Assembly (NCBI RefSeq): GCF_006345805.1
Contig: NW_021829079.1
Location: 1 to 6,995 of the forward strand
Direction of reading: 5' to 3'
DNA from: Octopus sinensis
Taxonomy: Eukaryota
DNA length: 6,995 bases
Shown: positions 1-6,357 of the stretch, piece after piece
Layout: every line of letters starts with the position of its first letter
Position numbering within the stretch: position 1 is the first letter of the stretch
Translations under genes and position numbers: made by a program
The notes under the pieces: model-generated
What the model was told of the DNA's origin: nothing
The model's database searches: none
The model's input: only the letters and a program-made list of their open reading frames with translations

Positions 1-36
1 GTATGTATTATGTATGTATGTATGTATGTATGTATG
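1..36. repeat. (TATG)n tetranucleotide microsatellite, running off the window start
   Basis: gtatgtattatgtatgtatgtatg... read directly. Confidence 0.95.
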
Positions 37-99
37 AGCCTACGTATGGATACATGTGTAAGGTGAGTTAGGTGATTTATGTCTAGAAAATAGGAAAAC

Positions 100-180
100 G
101 TGTCTTTATGCACCGAGTTCAAATTGCGCCGAAGTCAACTTCCTCTTCCATATTTCTTGATCGATAACTTAAGTAGCAAT
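100..180 (+). mobile_element. Highly decayed fragment of SINE family 2 (B-box plus central domain)
   Basis: gtgtctttatg..gagttcaaattgcgccgaagtcaacttcctcttccatatttcttgatcgataacttaagtagcaat aligns by eye to the reverse complement of copy E (gtctgtctttacgttctgagttcaaattccgtcgaggtcgactttgcctttcatcctttcggggtcgattaaataagtaccagt). Confidence 0.7.
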
Positions 181-196
181 CCTACAATAGATTCCA

Positions 197-448
197 CTCT
201 CTAACTTTTACTCTCTCTTTTTATACTCTTTTATTTGTTTCAGTCATTTGACTGTGGTCATGCTGGAGCACCGCCTTTAGTCGAGCAAATCGACCCCAGG
301 ACTTATTTTTTGTAAGTCTAGTACTTATTCTATCAGTCTCTTTTGCCGAACCGCTAAGTTACGGAGACGTAAACACACCAGCATCGGTTGTCAAGCGATG
401 TTGGGAGTACAAATACAGACACACAAACATATATACATACACACACAC

Positions 449-496
<48 letters not shown>

Positions 497-527
497 ATAT
501 AATATATATTACGATGTGCTTCTTTCT
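197..527 (-). mobile_element. SINE family 1 (Octopus-type), 5'-truncated copy lacking the tRNA head, with an internal (CA)n(TA)n microsatellite
   Basis: cagtcatttgactgtggtcatgctggagcaccgcctttagtcgagcaaatcgacccc...gccgaaccgctaagttacggagacgtaaacacacc...gttgtcaagcgatgttgg matches my recollection of an abundant octopus SINE body. It has a (CTCTTTTA)-like tail at 197-235 and ends at tacgatgtgcttctttc (~527). The family assignment is from memory, not a database search. Confidence 0.8.
421..510. repeat. Compound (CA)n/(TA)n microsatellite inside the family 1 SINE
   Basis: Read directly. Confidence 0.95.
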
Positions 528-530
528 ATC

Positions 531-654
531 TATTATTATTATTATTATTATCATCATCATATCATCATCATTATCATTATTATTATCATCATCATCATCA
601 TCATTATCATTATTATCACATCATCATCATCATCATCATCATCTTCTTCTTCAT
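531..654. repeat. Compound trinucleotide microsatellite (TAT)n/(CAT)n/(TCT)n
   Basis: Read directly. It accounts for the poly-Y/H/I/S/D/M ORFs in the track. Confidence 0.95.
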
Positions 655-661
655 TGCCATT

Positions 662-873
662 AAGACGTTGTCCTGGCAGAATAGCCAGCACACCAGACAA
701 AATGTTAACCGGTATTTCGTCTGTTTTTTTCGTTCTGGGTTCAAATCCCGTCGAGGTCGACTTCCTGGGTCGATAAACTAAGTACCAGTTATGTACTGGG
801 GTCGATGTAATCAACTAGCTCCTTCCCCAAAAATTTCGTAGCTTGTGCTCCAAAGAATTATTATTATTATTAT
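662..873 (+). mobile_element. tRNA-derived SINE family 2, near full-length, tail type 1 with (ATT)n end and a short internal deletion
   Basis: A-box-like tggcagaatagc (674-685) and B-box ggttcaaatcc (738-748), followed by gtcgac..gggtcgataaactaagtaccagtt..actggggtcgatgtaatc. (ATT)n tail at 857-873. Homologous to the minus-strand copies at 2778-3800. Confidence 0.88.
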
Positions 874-1088
874 CACCATCACCATTGTATTTATGTTCCA
901 ACCAAGTCTCTTTGAATAATTTATTACCTTTCCTAATAAATTTTTATTCCATCCTCTCTTTAGTAAAAAAAATACAAACAATATTTCTCCATTTTCCTGC
1001 CATTAAATTTAATTTAACCAACAGACTTCATAGCAATATACAATTTGAAAAGTTTGTTTTGATTAAACTTGCCTTCAGCTATTATGCA

Positions 1089-1259
1089 ATATATATATAT
1101 ATGTCTATATTTGCGAATACATATACATACACACACACACACAGATACATACATACATATATATGTGTGTATGTGTGTGTGTGTACATATGTTGTGTACA
1201 TAGCTGTAAAATTACCCACCCACACACACACACACACACAACCCACACAACACACACTA

Positions 1260-1296
<37 letters not shown>

Positions 1297-1299
1297 ATG

Positions 1300-1330
<31 letters not shown>
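1089..1330. repeat. Large compound (TA)n/(CA)n/(TG)n microsatellite block
   Basis: Read directly. Confidence 0.95.
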
Positions 1331-1331
<1 letters not shown>

Positions 1332-1348
1332 TATGTATAATATAATAA

Positions 1349-1380
1349 AGAGAGAGATAGAGAGAGGGAAAGAGAAGGGG
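1349..1380. repeat. Short imperfect (GA)n purine tract
   Basis: agagagagatagagagagggaaagagaagggg. Confidence 0.8.
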
Positions 1381-1458
1381 AGTACCAATATAGTTTAGGT
1401 TATCAATAAAAATTTGCAAGTAATCATAACCAAATATCTATCCACCATATTCTTCGAT

Positions 1459-1525
1459 GTGGCTGTGGAAGCGTGTTCGAGAAGTTCGTTTCTCAACATC
1501 GTAATTTGGGGTTTGATCCCACTGC
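1459..1525 (+). mobile_element. Decayed tRNA-like SINE head (probably family 1 type)
   Basis: gtggctgtgg...gagaagttcgtttctcaac...ggggtttgatcccactgc. The B-box-like GGTTTGATCCC is one change from GGTTCGANNCC. It resembles the remembered head gtggctgtgtggtaagaagcttgcttcccaacc...gggttcagtcccactgc. Confidence 0.5.
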
Positions 1526-1871
1526 AGATCTCCGTGAATCATAAAAAGGTACTGACCAGGCTTAATAACTGTCTTTACGCACAGTTGATACACAACTGTC
1601 CTTTGCCAGCGTCTGCTTCTTGGCTGTTTTAGTTAAGAGCCGCCATATTTATTATGTATTATGCAATGCTTTTCCAGAAACCTTCTATGTTTCATGCTGT
1701 TGAATCTAGTTACTTCACATCGCTGTGTATTTCTATAAAATCCTATGTTCCAGTCATCATTACAAATGTGGTTAATGGTACACTTACTGTTCTTGCGACT
1801 GAAATACGGTTTGAAAGTTACTTTTTTTGGTTTTCGGATCGTTTAAATATTCATTCACTCTTCACACTCAG

Positions 1872-1910
1872 ACTGCTTTTGCACACGCAGTTTTACTTTT
1901 ATCTCCATAC
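1872..1910 (+). other. Possible 39-nt micro-exon (unverified)
   Basis: Pyrimidine-rich acceptor tcattcactcttcacactcag| and consensus donor |gtaagt at 1911. It is followed by a 71-nt intron-like stretch with tttaac and tcttcttctcctacatttcaag| (1981). No protein family recognised. Confidence 0.2.
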
Positions 1911-2327
1911 GTAAGTATTCATACAAAACACAAAACAGAATTATTTAACTGCTGCATTATCTTCTTCTCCTACATTTCAAGATTATCTCTGCGATTAACC
2001 AATTTGCCTCGTTGTATTGGCACCCTTCTTTTAGCGTTGCTGCTCTACAAAGAACATTTCGATGTGCTCGCTAAAATAAGAACAATCCTCATAAGACTTT
2101 CAAATAAGAGTCCATTAACGGCATCTGATTTTTAGGTCATCAGTTGAGAGATGATGGATGGGGCCTGTCGTACTTCAACTAGTTTTTTTTCTTTTCTTTC
2201 TTATCCAACTGAAGAACAAGAAGAAGAAAATGAAGGCCCGTTGGACGATCGCATTGAATTAGTTCAGTAGATATTCCTTCGAGATTAGAACTTACAGCCA
2301 TTGCTTAAAACCTGTCTGTTTTCTTAC

Positions 2328-2386
2328 CATTGAGATTTCTCAAAAGATATTCCTAAGTGGTTAGTGCTTCTTTCCAGTAGGTATTC
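2328..2386 (-). other. Possible 59-nt exon (EYLLERSTNHLGISFEKSQ, unverified)
   Basis: Minus-strand acceptor gtctctaccatttag| and donor ATG|gtaaga. Only one of the three frames is open. No homology recognised. Confidence 0.2.
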
Positions 2387-2416
2387 CTAAATGGTAGAGA
2401 CTGACAGGGGCAAAAC

Positions 2417-2427
2417 CTCTCTCTCCC

Positions 2428-2459
<32 letters not shown>

Positions 2460-2461
2460 CC

Positions 2462-2502
<41 letters not shown>
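2417..2502. repeat. (CT)n/(GA)n microsatellite with occasional CCCT interruptions
   Basis: Read directly. It accounts for the SLSL and RERE ORFs. Confidence 0.97.
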
Positions 2503-2504
<2 letters not shown>

Positions 2505-2777
2505 AATATTGGTTTTTCTATATTAGCACAACATGGCGTCCCTAAATGTGTGCCCTTCTGGAATTTGTCAGTCGTTGCACACCATGTGATCAATGGGAAG
2601 TCAACTCTTGTATTTTGTGTATGGAGTGTGGAGGATATAAACGACGAAGATAGTCTTCGTCTTCGCTTCTTGGGAACATCTGGGTTTCCGGTGATACAGG
2701 AATTTCCGAAAGTCTAAGATATTTGTGCTCAAATCTGGGGACAAAGAAATACAAAATAAACAAAAAAATGGGAATCA

Positions 2778-2937
2778 AGGGGAGGGATTAGTCGATTTAA
2801 TTGATTATCTCATAATCGCCGAAAGGGTGAAAGGAAGAGTTGACCTCGACAGAATTTGAAGTTAGAACGTAAAGACGGACTCAATGCCGCTAAGCATTTT
2901 CTCCAACATGCTAACGATTCTGCCAGCTCGTCACCTT
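2778..2937 (-). mobile_element. SINE family 2 copy A (old, intact head, internal deletion, tail type 1 remnant)
   Basis: gaaagggtgaaagg..gttgacctcgacagaatttgaagttagaacgtaaagac...gctaagcat...gctaacgattctgccagctcgtcacctt is homologous to copy E. Confidence 0.88.
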
Positions 2938-3138
2938 TCCTTTTTCTACTCTAAGCACAAGGCCCGATATTTTGGAGTGAGGAGCCAGTCAATTAGATCG
3001 ACCTCAGTACGCAACTGGTACTTAATTTATCGACCCCGAATCTATGAAAAGTAAGGTTGACCTCGGCAGAATTTGAACTCAGATCATAAAGACAGACGAA
3101 ATACTGCTAAGCATTTCGCCCGGCGTGCTAATGTTTCT
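2938..3138 (-). mobile_element. SINE family 2 copy B (tail type 1; head cut inside the A-box by copy C)
   Basis: ctactctaagcacaaggccc...atcgacctcagtacgcaactggtac...gcatttcgcccggcgtgctaatgtttct, then an abrupt switch to the copy C tail at 3139. Confidence 0.9.
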
Positions 3139-3571
3139 TATTTCTTTACTGCTCACACAGAGGGGACAAGGAGGGACTGACAAACGGATTAAGTCGATTA
3201 TATCGACCCCAGTGCGTAACTGGTACTTATTTAATCGACCCCGAAAGGGTAAAAGGCTAAGTTGACCTTGGCGGAATTTGAACTCAGAGCGTAGCGGCAG
3301 ACGAAATACCTATTTCTTTATTACCCACAAGGGGCCAAACATAGAGGGGACAAACAAGGACAGACATAGGTATTAAGTCGATTACATCGACCCCAGTGCG
3401 TAACTGGTACTTAATTTATCGACCCCGAAAGGATGAAAGGTAAAGTCGACCTCGGCGGAATTTGAACTCACGACGTAACGTCAGACGAAATACGGCTACG
3501 CATTTCGCCCGGAGTGCTAACGTCTCTGCCAGCTCCCCGCTAAACATTTAGCCCGGCGTGCTAACATTTCT
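3139..3571 (-). mobile_element. SINE family 2 copy C (tail type 2), split by copy D into 3139-3310 and ~3539-3571
   Basis: The left part ends gacgaaatacc (3310). After copy D the head resumes as gctaaacatttagcccggcgtgctaacatttct, which is the sequence that follows gaaatacc in intact copy E. Confidence 0.85.
3311..3538 (-). mobile_element. SINE family 2 copy D (tail type 2, nearly full length, nested in copy C)
   Basis: tatttctttattacccacaagggg...gtcgattacatcgaccccagtgcgtaactggtac...gtcgacctcggcggaatttgaactc...ctgccagctcc. Confidence 0.9.
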
Positions 3572-3800
3572 TATTTCTTTACTACCCACAGGGGTCCAAA
3601 CATAGAGGGGACAAACAAGGACAAAGAGATTAAGTCGATTACATGAACCCCGGTGCATAACTGGTACTTATTTAATCGACCCCGAAAGGATGAAAGGCAA
3701 AGTCGACCTCGACGGAATTTGAACTCAGAACGTAAAGACAGACGAAATACCGCTAAGCATTTCACCCGGCCTGCTAACGTTTCTGCCAGCTCGCCGCCTT
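3572..3800 (-). mobile_element. SINE family 2 copy E (full length, tail type 2)
   Basis: Complete head aaggcggcgagctggcagaaacgttag...gagttcaaattcc on the minus strand, central gcctttcatcctttcggggtcgat domain, and tail ending gtagtaaagaaata. Confidence 0.93.
3714..3788 (-). promoter_or_regulatory. RNA polymerase III type-2 internal promoter of copy E (A-box 3788-3774, B-box 3726-3714)
   Basis: Minus-strand tggcagaaacgttag fits the TRGC-initiated tRNA A-box, and gagttcaaattcc fits the GTTCRANNCC B-box. Activity is unknown. Confidence 0.7.
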
Positions 3801-3865
3801 TCACCGCCTTAAAAATATTAACAACAACAGCAACAATAATCGTTACATTGTAGTCTTCATTGTTC

Positions 3866-3939
<74 letters not shown>
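3866..3939. repeat. Perfect (TAG)24+TA microsatellite
   Basis: 74 nt uninterrupted, read directly. Confidence 0.98.
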
Positions 3940-4463
3940 TGCAAGAAACGTTAATTGTTCTTGCTATGCTTTATTATGTTATTCGTTGATTTCGTAGTTA
4001 AAATGTCCTCTCTCGATGGTTCTACTCGCTCTTCACCTCCCTTTGGCAGCTAATTACAACAAGTAATTTGGGTAGGATTAAAAAAATAAAAAATATTAAA
4101 AACACAAAACTTTTTTTCCAGACAATTAACTTCTTTAAAGTCTATATTTATTTACAATATTTATATTGAAACGTAATGTAGGTATAAATACTGTCAATAT
4201 CCATTCACTGAGGCTGGGGTTAATAGTGTGGAAAATATTAATTTTATTGCACAATTCATCTGAGAGATTTTACACAGTCATTTTGAGTTCAAAATAGATT
4301 TTTTTTTTCACTTCTTTGATTCCGTGATTAATCTAGAAAAATCTATCAGTCATTTTTGTATTCTCAATGTTTGTCATAAAATTATTTTTTACAGGTGTTA
4401 AGTCCTCGTTTTTTTTTTCTTTCTCTTTTATTATATTTCTCTTTCAAACGCGTTGGTAATGTC

Positions 4464-4557
4464 GTGTATTCGTTCTTTCTCTCTTCACTTTAGTTTTAAA
4501 ATCCCGCGGATCCTAGATTTGCCCTTCGTTCTTTCGGGGTCAATAATTAAAGTGCCA
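4464..4557 (+). mobile_element. Very decayed SINE family 2 fragment (B-box region plus central domain)
   Basis: gttttaaaatcccgcggatcctagatttgcccttcgttctttcggggtcaataattaaagtgcca versus the family pattern gagttcaaattccgccgaggtcgactttgcctttcatcctttcggggtcgataaattaagtacca. Confidence 0.65.
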
Positions 4558-4700
4558 AACTTGTATTGAGTTCGTCTCCTTTCTGTCTTTCTTTCCCAGT
4601 CAAATCTTTATATCGATTTTATATAAAGTCTGTTGGTACTGTCATTCTTCCTCCTTGAGCCCTAATTTAAAAATCTCAATGTCCTTTTTTTATCGAGGCA

Positions 4701-5225
4701 TCATCCAGTCAGGCTGATTGCCCGGGCCCTGCCTGACCACCTCTCTCCAACCGATCTTCCATCCAACCGATCTTCCAGTGTTTTTAGGTTTTCAATTTGG
4801 CATCCAGCATCTTCTGCAAGCTGTTGTCTTCCGTGGTCTTCCGGCACTATGGTAACATGATTTGGTGTCCACAGCAACACATTACTCACTAGTTCTTCTT
4901 CACTGCTCCAACAGTGACCAGCATACCTCAATCTCCACTCTTGGATGGTTTATGAGAAAGTTGGTACGTTCTCATATAACCGTTGTTTTGTTGACTGCTC
5001 CCTCCAAGAGATGTTGAGCACTACACGTATCATTCTAGAACCATCCAGCATCCAGCATGGAACCATCCAGCATACACCAACAACTGCTCTGAAGAACTGT
5101 CTCTTCAATTTATCTGGCAGGGTTGACTCCCATATTATTCTAAGACCGTCTATGGCTGCCCAAGCCTTAGCAACGAGAGATTTAATATCTTTTTCAGTGT
5201 ACACAATATTACTGCCTAGGGACTT
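4701..5225 (-). mobile_element. Decayed 3' end of a non-LTR retrotransposon ORF2 (RT C-terminal/thumb region, RTE-like), 5'-truncated
   Basis: One minus-strand frame reads KSLGSNIVYTEKDIKSLVAKAWAAIDGLRIIWESTLPDKLKRQFFRAVV..LDG..RMIRVVLNISW..STKQRLY..*TIQEWRLRYAGHCWSSEEELVSNVLLWTPNH..QQLAEDAGCQIENL. This shows a (Y)LGS RT motif-7 remnant and the RLR.AGHC.R-type motif typical of RTE-like LINEs, with an in-frame stop and indels. The clade call is from memory. Confidence 0.8.
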
Positions 5226-5462
5226 TCTTGTCTTTCGCTCACTCATTTTCATTATCTCTGAAGAGATCGACTTTGGTCAAACTTCCAGAAGAATAGATTC
5301 GACCAGGCTTTGTGTCCAAGGTATGCTGTACTCGTCTGGCACCTCCACGACTTCATTAGAAACTGAAGGCTTAATGCAGGATAATTTTCATAAATCATTT
5401 GCTTATTTTTACGTTCTAATTGTTCCTCATACAGAAGACTATGGAACAGAAATTACGATTAG

Positions 5463-5573
5463 TTAGCTTGGTTGGTTCATCACCTCAGGTTTAACATCAC
5501 TATCCAGCACCATGTGTAAATTAGCGTGTCAAGTCTTCAGTTTGAGCATACCTTCATAAACAGTTTCAGAGAC
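5463..5573 (-). mobile_element. Possible Ty3/gypsy pol remnant (linker between protease and RT)
   Basis: VSETVYEGMLKLKT*HANLHMVLDSDVKPEVMNQPS* resembles the gypsy pre-RT pattern VFEGLGKLK..VHI.LD.DVKPVVQP.R. The match is short and was made by eye only. Confidence 0.3.
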
Positions 5574-6033
5574 CCTTAAAAGGATCATGAGAATTGTTCT
5601 AAAGCCAGTCTAATTTCAACTTAAAACTCTTCATTTGCGAAAGCTCATTTTATACACAGGAATATATAATATAATAATCATTTCAGATTATCTCTTGTAG
5701 GGGCTGGGACTTTTAAGGTCGAAATGCCAGTTTATATACAAATATATGTAATAACAATTTAAAATTCTCCCCGATAGAGGGGCGGGTGCTTGTGGGTTCA
5801 AAATTCATCATATACATCATTATATACGTTAACAATTTCATATATTTTCCGTTAGAGGGTGAAGTTTTTAAGCTTGGAATGTCATCTTATATACCGGTAT
5901 ATGAAGTAAAATATCATTTTCTTCCTCGTATGGGGTGGAATTTTTAGGGCTCAAAGGTCATCTTATATGCCGATATGTTTGGATATTAGATCCTATTCTT
6001 CTCGGTATGGGCTGAGGTTTTTAAAGTTGAAAG

Positions 6034-6223
6034 ATTATTGTTATGTGGAAGTAGAACACCTCTTTTGGTTGGCTCCTAATGGACTGAGCCACAGTATAAA
6101 TGGACATGCGCAGAGACCCTTCAGCGGTGTAAAGCCGAGAGCTGCGTATTGTCGATGTTTATTACCAGTATCATGAGTAGAACGACTTGCAAGGACATTA
6201 TTATTATTATTATTATTATTATT
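6034..6223 (+). mobile_element. Probable 5'-truncated retroposon 3' end with (ATT)9 tail, inserted into array unit 5
   Basis: A GC-richer non-array segment ending gaacgacttgcaaggac(att)9 (6197-6223). It splits a unit after gttgaaag. Family not identified. Confidence 0.5.
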
Positions 6224-6357
6224 CCGTTATATCGTACGTCGAACGTGCGATACAACAATTATCATATAAATTAGAAAATACGGATATTAATTCATATTGT
6301 CCCTGATAGGAGTGGCTTTTTTAAAATAAAAATGTCATCTTATGAACCAGTATCGAT

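Noticed and set aside
354-1345. ORFs 354-560, 516-776, 557-814, 843-1340 and 1163-1345
   Set aside because: They are open because they run through stop-free microsatellites and SINE sequence, and the translations are dominated by homopolymer or dipeptide runs.
1439-1633. Minus-strand frame ..QRTVVYQLCVKTVIKPGQY..RTSRTRFHSH.. as a GIY-YIG (Penelope) endonuclease
   Set aside because: There is no YIG motif, the spacing is wrong, and half of it is antisense to the decayed tRNA-like SINE head.
1880-2040. Minus-strand RRVPIQRG and ILTYG as RTE reverse-transcriptase motifs
   Set aside because: They are only ~30 codons apart, against roughly 200 in a real RT, with several stops between. This is a chance resemblance.
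2387-2717. ORFs 2387-2593 (-) and 2391-2717 (+) as complete genes
   Set aside because: Both depend on reading through the (CT)n tract. The non-repeat part is kept only as an unexplained island.
2980-3720. CRISPR-like appearance of the recurring (tt)atcgacccc motif
   Set aside because: The sequence between the repeats is also homologous from copy to copy and spacing is irregular. The motifs are internal parts of SINE copies, in a eukaryotic context with no cas genes.
3714-3800. tRNA gene
   Set aside because: A and B boxes are present, but I could not fold a cloverleaf with an acceptor stem, and the sequence continues into a SINE body. It is a tRNA-derived head.
3571-3853. ORFs 3571-3804 (-) and 3653-3853 (+)
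   Set aside because: They lie almost entirely within SINE copy E, and the same pseudo-peptide (WYL..RP...RQSRPRRNLNS) would arise from any copy.
4945-5466. 173-aa + strand ORF
   Set aside because: It is antisense to the LINE RT remnant, which explains the sequence, and has no recognisable motifs.
6185-6223. The (ATT)-tailed element as the LINE partner of tail-type-1 SINEs
   Set aside because: Beyond the shared (ATT)n, the similarity (cttgcaaggac versus cttgtgctccaaaga) is too short to support.
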